Origin: an uncultured Collinsella sp.
GTDB lineage: Bacteria; Actinomycetota; Coriobacteriia; Coriobacteriales; Coriobacteriaceae
DNA: 50,674 bases
Reading direction: 5' to 3'
NCBI GenBank assembly: GCA_902475475.1
Contig: CABRZY010000001.1
Span: 1-50,674, forward strand
Positions 9,723 to 21,903 of this stretch are shown piece by piece (within the stretch, counting starts at the first letter, position 1; every line of letters starts with the position of its first letter). The notes under the pieces are model-generated. The model was not told where the DNA came from and ran no database searches. It saw only the letters and a list, made by a program, of their open reading frames with translations. A program made the position numbers and the translations under genes.

Positions 9723-10973
9723 ATGATGGAACAGAGAGTTGCAATCACCGGCATAGGTGCCGTATCGCCGCTCGGCAACACGGCGCTTGCCACCTGGGCG
9801 GCCATGTGCGCCGGCACGTGCGGCATCGGCCCGATCACGCACTTCGATACCGATGCGTTTGCCGTCAAGGTGGCGGCCGAGGTCAAGGGCTTTGACGGCA
9901 ACGAGTACTTTGGCAAGCGTGATGCAAAGCATCTGGACCCCTGCGTTCAGTTTGCGATGGCGGCTTCGGACGAGGCTATGCACGATGCGGGCTTTGATGT
10001 CGAAGGCGCCATCGATCGCGAGCGCCTGGGCGTCTACGTGGGCTCGGGCGTGGGCGGCATGACGACGCTCGTCGACAACGTCCATACGATTGCCGAACGT
10101 GGGCCCCGCCGCGCATCGCCTTACATGATCGCGATGATGATCCCCAACATGGCATCGGGCAATATCGCAATCCGTCACAAAGCAAAGGGGCCGACCCTGC
10201 CCGTGGTGACCGCGTGCGCCACCTCGGCCCATGCGGTGGGCGAGGCGTTCCGCGCCATCAAGCACGGCTATGCCGACGCGATCCTCGCGGGCGGCGCCGA
10301 GGCTGCAATTATCCCCGATGCCGTTGCGGGCTTTACGTCCTGCCGCGCATTGACCACCAACCCCGATCCCGCGACGGCCTGCCGTCCGTTCGATGCAGAC
10401 CGCGACGGCTTTGTGATGGGCGAGGGCGCCTGCGTGCTCGTGCTCGAGAGCATGGAACATGCGCAGACGCGCGGTGCGCACATTTATGCCGAGGTCGTGG
10501 GCTACGGCAACACCGATGATGCCTATCACATCACGAGCCCTGATCCCGAGGCTGCCGGCATTGCCCGCGCGATATCGCTGGCGGTGACCGAGGGCGACGT
10601 CAAGCCATCCGAGGGTCTCTACATCAATGCCCACGGCACATCGACCAAGCTCAACGATTCGTCCGAGACGGCGGGCATTAAGCGTGCGCTTGGCGAGGAT
10701 GCGGCGCGCGCCGCGCACGTCTCGTCGACTAAGTCGATGACCGGCCACATGATCGGTGCCACGGGCGCCATCGAGGTCATGGCCTGCGCCATGGCGCTCG
10801 AGCAGGGCGTGGTGCCGCCGACCATTAACTACCGCACGCCCGATCCCGCCTGCGATCTTGACTACACGCCCAATCGCGCAGTTCGCGCCGACCTTACCTG
10901 GGCGCTTTCGACCAACCTAGGCTTTGGCGGGCACAACGCCGCCATCGCGCTGCGTAGATATACGAGGAGCTAG
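9723..10973 (+). CDS. fabF: 3-oxoacyl-ACP synthase II
   Basis: TACAT, NAHGTST, KSMTGH, GFGGHN. Confidence 0.96.
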   Translation: MMEQRVAITGIGAVSPLGNTALATWAAMCAGTCGIGPITHFDTDAFAVKVAAEVKGFDGNEYFGKRDAKHLDPCVQFAMAASDEAMHDAGFDVEGAIDRERLGVYVGSGVGGMTTLVDNVHTIAERGPRRASPYMIAMMIPNMASGNIAIRHKAKGPTLPVVTACATSAHAVGEAFRAIKHGYADAILAGGAEAAIIPDAVAGFTSCRALTTNPDPATACRPFDADRDGFVMGEGACVLVLESMEHAQTRGAHIYAEVVGYGNTDDAYHITSPDPEAAGIARAISLAVTEGDVKPSEGLYINAHGTSTKLNDSSETAGIKRALGEDAARAAHVSSTKSMTGHMIGATGAIEVMACAMALEQGVVPPTINYRTPDPACDLDYTPNRAVRADLTWALSTNLGFGGHNAAIALRRYTRS

Positions 10974-10976
10974 AGC

Positions 10977-11450
10977 ATGGATTCCAAAAGACTTGCCGAG
11001 ATAGCCGATGTGATGGAGGACCGCGGCCTTACGCGCGTGCGCGTTGAGGAGCCCGATGGCACCGCGGTCGAACTCGAGCGCGCGAGCGCCGCACAGCCGG
11101 TTGCCGTGCCCATGCCCATGCCGAGCGCTATGGCCGCTCCAGTTGCGGCTCCCACAGTCGCGCCTGCCGCACCGGAGCCCGCCGCGCAGACACCTGCCGC
11201 CGCACCGGAGCCCAAGGGCACCGAGGTGACCGCTCCCATGGTCGGCGTTTTCTATGCTGCCCCGGCGCCGGGCGACGAGCCGTTTGTGCACGCGGGCTCT
11301 AAGGTCAAGGCCGGCGAGACCCTCTGCATCATCGAGGCCATGAAGGTTCTCAACGAGGTGACGGCCGAGGCAGACGGCGAGGTGCTCGAGATCTGCGTGG
11401 CCGACGGCGACCTCGTGGAGTTTGGCAGCTGCCTCATGAGAATCGGATAG
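10977..11450 (+). CDS. accB: Biotin carboxyl carrier protein
   Basis: Ala/Pro-rich linker and EAMK biotinylation motif. Confidence 0.95.
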   Translation: MDSKRLAEIADVMEDRGLTRVRVEEPDGTAVELERASAAQPVAVPMPMPSAMAAPVAAPTVAPAAPEPAAQTPAAAPEPKGTEVTAPMVGVFYAAPAPGDEPFVHAGSKVKAGETLCIIEAMKVLNEVTAEADGEVLEICVADGDLVEFGSCLMRIG

Positions 11451-11459
11451 GTGATATCC

Positions 11460-11882
11460 ATGAACAAAGAAGAGCTCAAGAAGCTGTTGCCGCATCGCGA
11501 GCCGATGCTTTTGCTCGACGAAGCCGAGCTGGTGGGCGACGAGGCCCACGGCAAGATCACGATTACGGGTGACGAGTACTTTTTGCAGGGGCATTTTCCG
11601 GGAAACCCGGTGGTCCCCGGCGTGATTCAGTGCGAGATGCTCGCCCAAAACTGTTGCGTGCTGCTGATGGGCGATGAGGAAGCGCGCGGCGCGACGCCGT
11701 TCTACACGAGTCTGGACAAGGTGCGCTTTAAGCGTCCGGTGCGCCCGGGCGACACGGTTGATCTGGTGTGCACCATCACGCGTGCGCGCGGGCCGTTCCG
11801 CTTTGCGACGGGCACCGCGAGCGTCAACGGTGAGGTTTGCTGCCGCGCCGATATGTCTTTTGCACTCATGCACGAAAGTTAA
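11460..11882 (+). CDS. fabZ: 3-hydroxyacyl-ACP dehydratase
   Basis: LPHREPMLLLD, GHFPGNPVVPGV. Confidence 0.95.
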   Translation: MNKEELKKLLPHREPMLLLDEAELVGDEAHGKITITGDEYFLQGHFPGNPVVPGVIQCEMLAQNCCVLLMGDEEARGATPFYTSLDKVRFKRPVRPGDTVDLVCTITRARGPFRFATGTASVNGEVCCRADMSFALMHES

Positions 11883-11892
11883 GGAAGGCTTC

Positions 11893-13222
<1,330 letters not shown>

Positions 13223-13236
<14 letters not shown>

Positions 13237-14947
13237 AAAAGCGAAGACGGTCAACGTCCTCGAGGGGCCGATGACCGAGTCGTGCGCCGAGTTTCCCGCG
13301 CGCCACGTGTTTATCAAGTGCCCGGAGTGCCGCCGCGTGATCGATGAGGCGCGCCTGCACGACAACCTCGAGGTCTGCCCTCGCTGCGGCAAACACTTTC
13401 GCGTGAGCGGGCGCGACCGCATGCGCATGACGATTGACGAGGGCACGTTTGAGGAATGGGATGCCAGTCTGGCGCCGGAGGACTTCCTTTCGTTTCCCGG
13501 CTATGCCGACAAGCTCAAGAGCGTGAGCGAACGTTCGGGCGAGCGCGATGCCGTTGTGTGCGGCAAGGGCAAAATCTGCGGTTGCGATACGGCGCTCTTC
13601 TTTATGGACGCCAACTTTATGATGGGCTCGATGGGTTCCGTGGTGGGCGAGAAGATCTGTCGCACATTTGAGCGAGCGACCGAGCTTGGATTGCCAGTTG
13701 TCGGCTTTACCGTTTCGGGCGGTGCGCGCATGCAAGAGGGCGTGACATCGCTTATGCAGATGGCCAAGATTTCTGCGGCGGTTAGGCGCCATAGCGAGGC
13801 GGGCGGCCTGTATATCACGGTGCTCACCGACCCCACGACCGGAGGCGTAACCGCGAGCTTTGCCATGGAGGGCGATATTATCCTGGCCGAGCCCGATGCC
13901 CTGACGGCATTTGCCGGCCCGCGCGTGATCGAGCAGAACATGCACAAGCGCCTGCCCAAGGGATTCCAGCGCTCCGAGTTTTTGCTGGAGCACGGCTTTT
14001 GCGATGCCGTTGTTCCGCGTGGCGAGATTGCGCTCACGGTAGGCGAGCTGCTGGCACTGCACGAAGGGCACGCGCCCGGCCTGGGGGCACCGCATGAGAT
14101 CGTGCATACGGGTCGTCGCGGCAAAAAGCTGGGACACTTGTTCAAGCGCTCGACCGCACCAAAAACCGCGCTCGAGATTGTCAAGCAGACCCGCTCGGCA
14201 GATCGCGCCACGGCGGGCGAGATGATCTCGCTGGGCCTGGATGGATTTGTGGAGCTGCATGGCGACCGTTACTTTGGCGACGACGCCGCCGTGGTGGCTG
14301 GCATTGGCTGGAAAGACGGGCGACCCGTGACGGTTATCGCCGTCGAGCGCGGTACCACGACCAAAGAGCGCATGCGTCGCAACTTTGGTATGGCACATCC
14401 CGAGGGCTACCGCAAAGCGCGTCGCCTTATGCGCCAGGCCGAAAAGTTTGGTCGACCGGTTCTGTGTCTGGTCGATACTTCGGGCGCGTTTTGCGGCATC
14501 GGTGCCGAGGAGCGCGGCCAGGGCGAGGCGATTGCCCAGAATCTCATGGAGATGAGCGGCCTCAAGACGCCGATTGTCTCGGTGGTGACAGGCGAGGGCG
14601 GCTCTGGTGGCGCGCTGGCGCTGTCCGTGGCCGACCGCATCCTGATGCTCTCGAGCTCGGCCTATTCGGTCGTGAGCCCCGAGGCCTGTGCGTCGATCCT
14701 GTGGAAGGATACCGAGCGCGCGAATGAGGCCGCCGAGGCGCTTAAGCTCACGGCCCCCGATCTGTTGGCGCTCGGCATCATCGACGGCATTGTTGACGAT
14801 AGGGGCCTGTCGCATGAGGAGATCGCCGGTGCCGTCATGTCCTCGGCATTTGATGCCTTCGATACGCTTGGGCAGCTCGACGACGCGACCCTCGCAAACC
14901 TCCGCTACGAAAAGTACCGCGCAATCGGTCAGTACCGCACGATGTGA
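13223..14947 (+). CDS. accDA: Fused carboxyltransferase beta-alpha (AccD-AccA)
   Basis: N-half has the CPEC/CPRC zinc finger, GSMG and GGARMQEG (AccD). C-half has ELHGDR, PEGYRKA and GEGGSGGAL (AccA). One continuous frame. Confidence 0.93.
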
Positions 14948-14987
14948 CAAAGGGAAAGCTCGCATGTCACATTGGGAAAGGCGTTCC

Positions 14988-16202
14988 ATGTCACAAGTTT
15001 CTAACACCTCGTTTACAACGTCGGTTTCATCAAACGCCATGGCCGTGGTGGACTATCTGTCCAAAAGCATGATGTCGGCGCTGCCGTTTATTGTCTGCGC
15101 GGCGTTGTTCCGCACCGTTGCCGTCATTATGGGCGAAGGTATGCTGGGCCTGTGGTCTGCCGATTCCGAAATCTATCGCCTGTTCTACAGTTGGCTCTAT
15201 AACGCCGGCTACTACTTTTTGCCCATTTATCTTGGTTGGGCGGCCGCCCGCCAGCTCGGTTGCTCGGAGCAGCTGGGCATGATGCTGGGCGGCGTATTGA
15301 TTGCGCCCGATCTGCTTAAGCTCGTCGATGCCGCATCGACGACGGGGGCATCGATGACTTCCGTGTATGGTCTGCTTCCCGCGCCGGTCAACGATTACAC
15401 GACGACTGTTATTCCGGTTCTCATCTCGGTGCCCGTGCTATGGCGAGTGGAGTGTTTCTTTAAGCGCGTTATCCCTAAGGCCGTGGCGTTTTCGTTTGTT
15501 CCGTTTACAACCATGCTTGTCATGGTTCCGGTTTCGCTGTGTATCACGGCGCCGGCGGGCAGCTATCTGGGCATGCTGTTGGGCCAGCTTATGTTTATGC
15601 TTGGCAATTCCGGTGGCATCGTGTCGCTGCTCACACTCATGGGGCTTGCCGCGGGTTGGGAGTTTCTTAAGATTGCAGGCGTCAGCAACGTTGTCCTATC
15701 GCTTGCCTATGCTCAGTTTATGAGTGTGGGAACGGATTCGTGCATCCTGATCGCCGCGACGATGGCGACGTTCGCCGTTTGGGGCATGCCCTTTGGCGCG
15801 TCGCTCCGCGTTGCGGATAAGGACGAGAAGGCACTCATGCTGGGCTATTCAATCTCGGGTATTCTTGGCGGCGTAAGCGAGCCGGCGCTGTACGGTTGCG
15901 GCTTTAAATATGGCAGGTGCCTGACGTGCATGGCCATTGGCGGCGCCGTCGGAGGCCTTGTTGCGGCCGTGGGCCACGTTACGGCCTATACCATCGGCAT
16001 GACGAATGTCCTCATGGTCATTGGCTTTGCCACGGGCGGCATCTCGAACCTGCTGTGGTGCTGCGCTGCCGGCGGTGTGGCATTTGCGGTGTCTGCGGCG
16101 CTGAGCTACTGCTTTGGCGTGGTGCCGACGAAGGAACAGGCGACGGAGGACGGAGCCGATTCGCCCGAAACAGTGGCGAGCGCTGCTGAAGTAAGCGCAT
16201 AA
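14988..16202 (+). CDS. Stand-alone PTS EIIC permease (sucrose/beta-glucoside-type)
   Basis: Multi-TM protein with 'YYFLPIYLGWAAA' and 'GGVSEPALYG' EIIC motifs; no EIIB/EIIA; start ATG 14964 or 14988. Confidence 0.8.
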   Translation: MSQVSNTSFTTSVSSNAMAVVDYLSKSMMSALPFIVCAALFRTVAVIMGEGMLGLWSADSEIYRLFYSWLYNAGYYFLPIYLGWAAARQLGCSEQLGMMLGGVLIAPDLLKLVDAASTTGASMTSVYGLLPAPVNDYTTTVIPVLISVPVLWRVECFFKRVIPKAVAFSFVPFTTMLVMVPVSLCITAPAGSYLGMLLGQLMFMLGNSGGIVSLLTLMGLAAGWEFLKIAGVSNVVLSLAYAQFMSVGTDSCILIAATMATFAVWGMPFGASLRVADKDEKALMLGYSISGILGGVSEPALYGCGFKYGRCLTCMAIGGAVGGLVAAVGHVTAYTIGMTNVLMVIGFATGGISNLLWCCAAGGVAFAVSAALSYCFGVVPTKEQATEDGADSPETVASAAEVSA

Positions 16203-16352
16203 ACCTGTGCGACAAAAGGACGATTCTTTTGTCATGCTCCAAGGCCGTGGCCCGTGCGGGCTGCGGCCTCTTTGTATCTGGGAGACAAAGTGGCTACACT
16301 ACAATCCGTTTGAGCAATAGATATATAGGTAGTACCGTGGGGGCGGATGTAG

Positions 16353-17507
16353 ATGGTCGAGTGGATTGTTAAACGTGCGCAGGGCGACCGTGCGCGCGTG
16401 GGCACGTTGACGGGCGTGGTGTGTATTCTCGCCAATGTTGCGCTTTGTGCTGCGAAGGGCGCAATTGGTGTGGTTTCGGGATCGGTTTCGATTGTGGCGG
16501 ATGCCATGAACAACCTGTCCGATGCCAGCTCGAATATCGTGAGCGTGCTGGGCTTTAAGCTGGCGAGCAAGCCCGCCGACCCCGAGCATCCATACGGCCA
16601 TGGTCGCTACGAGTACCTCTCGGGTCTTGTCGTGGCGGCGCTCGTGCTTCTCATTGGCCTTGAACTGGTGAAGTCCTCGTTTGAGCGCATCATCCACCCC
16701 GAACCTGTCGAGTTCTCGCTTGCCCTGGTGGCAGTCCTGGCGCTTTCGATGGTTGTTAAGCTGTGGATGGCGGCGCTCAACCAAAAGCTCGGCGACCGTA
16801 TCGAGTCCGAGACACTGCATGCGACTGCCCAGGATTCCAAGAACGATGTTCTTGCCACAGGCGCCGTGCTGGCATGTGCAATTGTTTCGCAGGTGACGCA
16901 CATCAATCTTGACGCATGGGTCGGCCTTGCCGTTGGCGCCTATATTGGTTGGAGCGGCTTTGAACTTATTCAAGATACGGTGAGCCCGCTTTTGGGCCAG
17001 ACGCCCGATCCTAAGCTGGTCAAGCACATTCGAGACAAGATCATGAGCTACCCCGGCGTTTTGGGCGTTCACGATCTGATGGTTCACGACTACGGCCCGG
17101 GCAGGAAGTTTGCAAGTGCGCACGCCGAGATGGCGGCCGAGGCCAGCCCGCTGGAAAGCCACGACACGCTCGATAACATCGAGCAGTCGTTTAGGAACGA
17201 AGACGGCATGATTGTCACACTTCACTACGACCCCATCGTGACCGACGATCCAAAGGTGGCGAGCATGCGCTTGCGCATCAACGCTATGGCTCAAGAGATC
17301 GATAGCCGCCTTTCGATTCATGATTTGCGCTGTGTGCCGGGCCCCACGCACACCAATGTGATCTTTGACTGCGTGCGTCCCTCGGATCTGCAGATGAGTG
17401 CCGAAGACTTAAAGCACGCGCTGGCACAACGGGTCGAATCGGAATATCCCAAGTCGATTGCCAAGATTACGATCGACGAAGACTACGTAGGGCATACCCA
17501 CGAGTAG
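16353..17507 (+). CDS. Cation diffusion facilitator transporter
   Basis: SIVADAMNNLSD, KPADPEHPYGHGRYE, C-terminal 'HDLMVHDYGPG' domains. Confidence 0.92.
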   Translation: MVEWIVKRAQGDRARVGTLTGVVCILANVALCAAKGAIGVVSGSVSIVADAMNNLSDASSNIVSVLGFKLASKPADPEHPYGHGRYEYLSGLVVAALVLLIGLELVKSSFERIIHPEPVEFSLALVAVLALSMVVKLWMAALNQKLGDRIESETLHATAQDSKNDVLATGAVLACAIVSQVTHINLDAWVGLAVGAYIGWSGFELIQDTVSPLLGQTPDPKLVKHIRDKIMSYPGVLGVHDLMVHDYGPGRKFASAHAEMAAEASPLESHDTLDNIEQSFRNEDGMIVTLHYDPIVTDDPKVASMRLRINAMAQEIDSRLSIHDLRCVPGPTHTNVIFDCVRPSDLQMSAEDLKHALAQRVESEYPKSIAKITIDEDYVGHTHE

Positions 17508-17546
17508 GGCTGTGCCGGCAAAGCAAGTTATACAGAAGAGGAGAGC

Positions 17547-18167
17547 ATGAAGCGCCTATACCTACTCCGCCACGGCCAGACGGAATTCAACGTCAAAAAG
17601 CTCGTCCAGGGTCGCTGTGATTCACCGCTCACCGATCTGGGCTGTCAGCAGGCACGGGCAGCGGCCGCATGGCTCAAAGCCCACAGCGTCGTCCCCGACA
17701 AAGTGGTCTCATCACCCTTAGGCCGAGCCATGGACACGGCAAGTCTTGTCGCATGCGAACTCCTCGGTCCGGACGCCGCAGTCGAGCCCTGTGAAGGCAT
17801 TATCGAGCGCAGCTACGGCACCTTCGAAGAAGGCCCCCACGACGCCCTGCCCACCGACGTTTGGGATCCGGGCGAGGACCTGGTCCCCTTCGGAGGAGAA
17901 GGAAGCCGCGCACTGCAAGAACGCATGGTAGGCGCCCTCACCAATCTCATGGGCTCCGAGGGCATCGAAACCCTCCTAGCAGTAAGCCACGGCAGCGCCA
18001 GCCGCCAATTTATCAAGGCCGCAGCCCCAGAGGGCTTTGAGCTCCCAACAAAACTCCCCAACTGCGCCATCATGATCTTCGGTTTTGACGATGCGCGAGA
18101 AGAGGACGATACGCCCCAATGCAAGTTTACCTTGCAACAAATTGTGGACCCTCAACAAAGTCATTAG
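17547..18167 (+). CDS. Histidine phosphatase (phosphoglycerate mutase family)
   Basis: LLRHGQT, SSPLGRA, VSHG motifs. Confidence 0.92.
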   Translation: MKRLYLLRHGQTEFNVKKLVQGRCDSPLTDLGCQQARAAAAWLKAHSVVPDKVVSSPLGRAMDTASLVACELLGPDAAVEPCEGIIERSYGTFEEGPHDALPTDVWDPGEDLVPFGGEGSRALQERMVGALTNLMGSEGIETLLAVSHGSASRQFIKAAAPEGFELPTKLPNCAIMIFGFDDAREEDDTPQCKFTLQQIVDPQQSH

Positions 18168-18197
18168 CCTGAGCGAGCAGAGTTAAGCAGACATCAA

Positions 18198-18374
18198 CGT
18201 GGCGTTCCCAGTGTGCGGCGGAGGGGGCGGGCCTGAGACATATTAAGGTTGTCGCGAGTTCCGCACGAACAGGAGAGCACTTAATGTGCTCTCCGTCGTG
18301 AGCAGGACTGTAGAGCAGCAACCTTAATATGTCTCAGGCCCGCCCCCTCCGCCGCACACTGGGAACGTGCCACG
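18198..18374. repeat. ~175-bp palindromic element (MITE/REPIN-like) with perfect 49-bp arms
   Basis: 18203-18251 is the exact reverse complement of 18319-18367; central hairpin GGAGAGCAC-ttaat-GTGCTCTCC (18272-18294). Confidence 0.9.
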
Positions 18375-18626
18375 CACTTTACCTGCGTAAACAATGTGAG
18401 TGAAATATGAATCTCGATGGATACGCCCGCAGCCGTGTATACTAAACAGCTGTGTGTAACCAGGGGAGTATTCTGGCTGGACAAAATGCCTGCTTAATAG
18501 GGTTGTCAGGTAGTCCGGGCGAAATACAAGGCTGGGGAGCACGTCGTGTAAGTAGTGGTCCTCTAGGGGCGTACGCTCGGTGGTGTACGCATTGTCCCAA
18601 GACCACGCGAGAGTTGGGATCATATC

Positions 18627-19247
18627 TTGATCAGCATGATTCTCGGCCGCAAGATTGGCATGACCCAGGTTTGGGACGAGGACGACAACGTCGTTCCCGT
18701 CACGGTCATCCAGGCTGGCCCCTGCGCTGTCTCGCAGGTTAAAACTCAGGCAACCGACGGCTATGACGCCGTCCAGATCGGTTTCGGCGACATCAAGGCC
18801 AAGAACGTGAACAAGCCCATGGCTGGTCACTTCGCCAAGGCTGGCGTCGAGCCTGTTCGCTTCCTTCGTGAGGTCCGCGTCGAGAACGGCGAGGAGCACA
18901 AGGTCGGCGAGGTCGTCACCGTCGCTGATTTCGCTGATGTCGAGAAGGTCGACGTCATCGGTACCTCCAAGGGTAAGGGCTTCCAGGGTCGCATCAAGCG
19001 CTGGGGTCAGCGCCGCGGTCCTATGACGCATGGTTCTCACTTCCAGCGTCACCCCGGTTCTATCGGTCAGTGCGCCTATCCTGCGCGCGTCCTCAAGGGC
19101 GTCAAGATGGCCGGTCACATGGGTAACGAGCGCGTTACCGTCAAGAACCTTTCCGTTGTCCGCATCGATGCCGAGCAGAACCTCATCTTGGTCAAGGGCG
19201 CTGTCCCGGGTGCCAAGAATGGTCTCGTCGCCATCCGTATGGCCTAA
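18627..19247 (+). CDS. rplC: 50S ribosomal protein L3
   Basis: [23 protein letters not shown]. Confidence 0.98.
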   Translation: MISMILGRKIGMTQVWDEDDNVVPVTVIQAGPCAVSQVKTQATDGYDAVQIGFGDIKAKNVNKPMAGHFAKAGVEPVRFLREVRVENGEEHKVGEVVTVADFADVEKVDVIGTSKGKGFQGRIKRWGQRRGPMTHGSHFQRHPGSIGQCAYPARVLKGVKMAGHMGNERVTVKNLSVVRIDAEQNLILVKGAVPGAKNGLVAIRMA

Positions 19248-19293
19248 GGGCCCAGCCCATTTAGCCCAGCGTCATACCAAGGAGAACACTTAA

Positions 19294-19920
19294 ATGGCAA
19301 AGTTTGAAGTAAAGAACAGCGAGGGCAAGAAGGTCGCCGAGGCCGAGCTCGCCGCTGAGGTGTACGGCATCGAGCCGAACATCCACGTTATGCACCACAT
19401 CGTCAAGTGCCAGATGGCCTCTTGGCGTCAGGGCACCCAGTCCGCTAAGGGCCGCTCTGAGGTTTCCGGTGGCGGCAAGAAGCCTTGGCGTCAGAAGGGC
19501 ACCGGCCGTGCCCGCCAGGGTTCCATCCGTGCTGCCCAGTGGCGTCACGGTGGCGTTGTCTTCGCCCCCAAGCCCCGTTCCTACGCTAAGCGTATGAACA
19601 ACAAGGAGGTCAAGCTGGCTATGCGCTCCGCGCTGTCCGCCAAGCTGGCCGATGGCGAGCTCGTGCTCGTCGACGACTACGGCTTCGAGAAGCCTTCCAC
19701 CAAGGCTGCCGTCGCCATGCTCAAGGCTCTCGGCCTTGAGGGCAAGCGTCTGACCATCATCGTTCGCGATGAGGACGTCAACGCCTACCTGTCGTTCCGC
19801 AACATTCCCAAGACGTTCATCATCACCGCTGACGAGGCCAACACCTACGATCTCGTCAACAACAACGCCGTGCTGATGCCCGCCGACATCGCCGCTCACT
19901 TCGGGGAGGTGCTTGCATAA
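19294..19920 (+). CDS. rplD: 50S ribosomal protein L4
   Basis: GGGKKPWRQKGTGRARQGSIR. Confidence 0.99.
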   Translation: MAKFEVKNSEGKKVAEAELAAEVYGIEPNIHVMHHIVKCQMASWRQGTQSAKGRSEVSGGGKKPWRQKGTGRARQGSIRAAQWRHGGVVFAPKPRSYAKRMNNKEVKLAMRSALSAKLADGELVLVDDYGFEKPSTKAAVAMLKALGLEGKRLTIIVRDEDVNAYLSFRNIPKTFIITADEANTYDLVNNNAVLMPADIAAHFGEVLA

Positions 19921-20208
19921 ATGACCGCCCACGAGATCATCATCCGTCCGATCGTGTCCGAGCGTTCCTTCTCCGGCATGGAGCTGAATAAGTACACGTT
20001 CGAGGTCGCCAAGGATGCTAACAAGTATCAGATCAAGGACGCTGTCGAGGAGATCTTCGGCGTCAAGGTCGTTCGCGTGAACACCCTGACGGTCAAGCCC
20101 AAGACCAAGCGCGTGCGCTATGTCGCCGGCAAGACCCGTTCTTGGAAGAAGGCCATCGTCACGCTGGCCGAGGGTGACACCATCGAGGTCTTTGGCAACC
20201 AGGCCTAA
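19921..20208 (+). CDS. rplW: 50S ribosomal protein L23
   Basis: RPIVSE, ANKYQIKDAVE, WKKAIVTL. Confidence 0.98.
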   Translation: MTAHEIIIRPIVSERSFSGMELNKYTFEVAKDANKYQIKDAVEEIFGVKVVRVNTLTVKPKTKRVRYVAGKTRSWKKAIVTLAEGDTIEVFGNQA

Positions 20209-20387
20209 GACTCGCTGCTGTTGAGTGAGCTCATGCCTCCCAAATAGGGGAGGCGAGAGCTCAAGGTTTTGGGCGTATAAAATGGACACGCCCGGAACCG
20301 TGTATACGTCCGGTGTCATCGCACCCGAGGCAGAACCTCGAATCCCTGTCTGCGATGGCTAACGGATTCCTATTGAAAGGGATTGTA

Positions 20388-21218
20388 ATGGCTGTAAAGC
20401 ACCTTAAGCCGACCTCCGCTGGTAGGCGTTGGCAGACGATCTCCGATTTCTCCGAGATCACCTGCACCAAGCCCGAGAAGTCTCTTCTCGAGCCCCTGCC
20501 CAAGAAGGCCGGTCGTAACAACAACGGCCGCATCACCACCCGCCACCAGGGCGGCGGCGTGAAGCGTCGTTACCGCGTGATCGACTTCAAGCGCAACAAG
20601 GACGGCGTGCCCGCCAAGGTTGCCACGATCGAGTACGATCCGAACCGTTCCGCTCGCATCGCTCTGCTGCACTACGCTGACGGTGAGAAGCGCTACATCC
20701 TGGCCCCCAAGGGCCTCGAGGTCGGTCAGACCATCATGTCCGGTTCTGACGCCGACATCAAGCCGGGCAACGCTCTGCCCCTCGCCGACATCCCCGTCGG
20801 TACGCTCATCCACGCCGTCGAGTTCCAGCCGGGCAAGGGCGCTGCTATCGCCCGTTCCGCCGGTAACTCCTGCCAGCTGATGGGTAAGGAGGGCAAGTAC
20901 GCTATCGTTCGTATGCCTTCCTCCGAGATGCGCCGCATCCTCGTTACCTGCCGCGCCACCGTCGGTGAGGTCGGTAACGCCGATCACTCCAACATCGTCA
21001 TCGGCAAGGCCGGCCGTAAGCGCCACATGAACGTGCGCCCGACCGTCCGCGGTACCGTCATGAACCCTGTCGACCACCCGCACGGCGGTGGCGAGGGCAA
21101 GAACCACACCTCTGGTCGTCCCTCTGTTACCCCCTGGGGTAAGCCGACGAAGGGCCTTCGTACGCGCAAGAAGAAGAAGGTCTCGAACCAGCACATCATT
21201 CGTCGCCGTAAGAAGTAA
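20388..21218 (+). CDS. rplB: 50S ribosomal protein L2
   Basis: [30 protein letters not shown]. Confidence 0.99.
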   Translation: MAVKHLKPTSAGRRWQTISDFSEITCTKPEKSLLEPLPKKAGRNNNGRITTRHQGGGVKRRYRVIDFKRNKDGVPAKVATIEYDPNRSARIALLHYADGEKRYILAPKGLEVGQTIMSGSDADIKPGNALPLADIPVGTLIHAVEFQPGKGAAIARSAGNSCQLMGKEGKYAIVRMPSSEMRRILVTCRATVGEVGNADHSNIVIGKAGRKRHMNVRPTVRGTVMNPVDHPHGGGEGKNHTSGRPSVTPWGKPTKGLRTRKKKKVSNQHIIRRRKK

Positions 21219-21250
21219 TTTCGGATACCGAGTTTTAGGAGAAAGCACTT

Positions 21251-21511
21251 ATGAGCAGAAGTCTCAAAAAGGGCCCGTTCGTGGAGACTCGCCTTCTCTC
21301 GCGTATCACCGCGATGAACGAGGCTGGCAAGAAGGACGTCGTGAAGACCTGGTCCCGCGCGTCCACCATCTTCCCCGAGATGGTTGGTCACACCATCGCC
21401 GTCCACGACGGCCGCAAGCATGTGCCCGTGTATGTTACCGAGTCCATGGTTGGTCACAAGCTCGGCGAGTTCGCGCCGACTCGTACGTTCCGTGGCCACA
21501 AGGCCAAATAG
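21251..21511 (+). CDS. rpsS: 30S ribosomal protein S19
   Basis: [22 protein letters not shown]. Confidence 0.99.
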   Translation: MSRSLKKGPFVETRLLSRITAMNEAGKKDVVKTWSRASTIFPEMVGHTIAVHDGRKHVPVYVTESMVGHKLGEFAPTRTFRGHKAK

Positions 21512-21525
21512 GGGGTTAACCGTAA

Positions 21526-21897
21526 ATGGCAACTAAGTCTATTGAAACTGAGGCCACCGAGGTTCGCGCCGTCGCTAAGTACGTGCGTGTTTCCCCCAGC
21601 AAGGCCCGCCTGGTGGTCGATCTGATCCGCCGCAAGCCTGTCGCTCAGGCCTTCGACATCCTCCACTTCTGCGACCGCGCCGTCGCCGTGGATGTCGAGA
21701 AGGTTCTCCGTTCCGCCGTTGCGAACGCCGAGAACAACAACGGTCTGCGTGCCGACAACCTGGTTGTCGCCGCTGCCTATGTTGACGAGGGTCCGACGCT
21801 TAAGCGCATCCGTCCCCGCGCCAAGGGTTCCGCTTCTCGCATTCTGAAGCGTACTTCCCACATCACCGTCGTCGTTGCTCCTCGAAAGGAGGCGTAA
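21526..21897 (+). CDS. rplV: 50S ribosomal protein L22
   Basis: [29 protein letters not shown]. Confidence 0.99.
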   Translation: MATKSIETEATEVRAVAKYVRVSPSKARLVVDLIRRKPVAQAFDILHFCDRAVAVDVEKVLRSAVANAENNNGLRADNLVVAAAYVDEGPTLKRIRPRAKGSASRILKRTSHITVVVAPRKEA

Positions 21898-21903
21898 AGC
21901 TGT

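Noticed and set aside
11674..11892. N-terminal extensions in the ORF track (also from 14688, 20313, 24838, 34795 and the minus-strand 31611)
   Set aside because: They overlap neighbouring genes or regulatory DNA; downstream starts have clear RBSs and match family N-termini.
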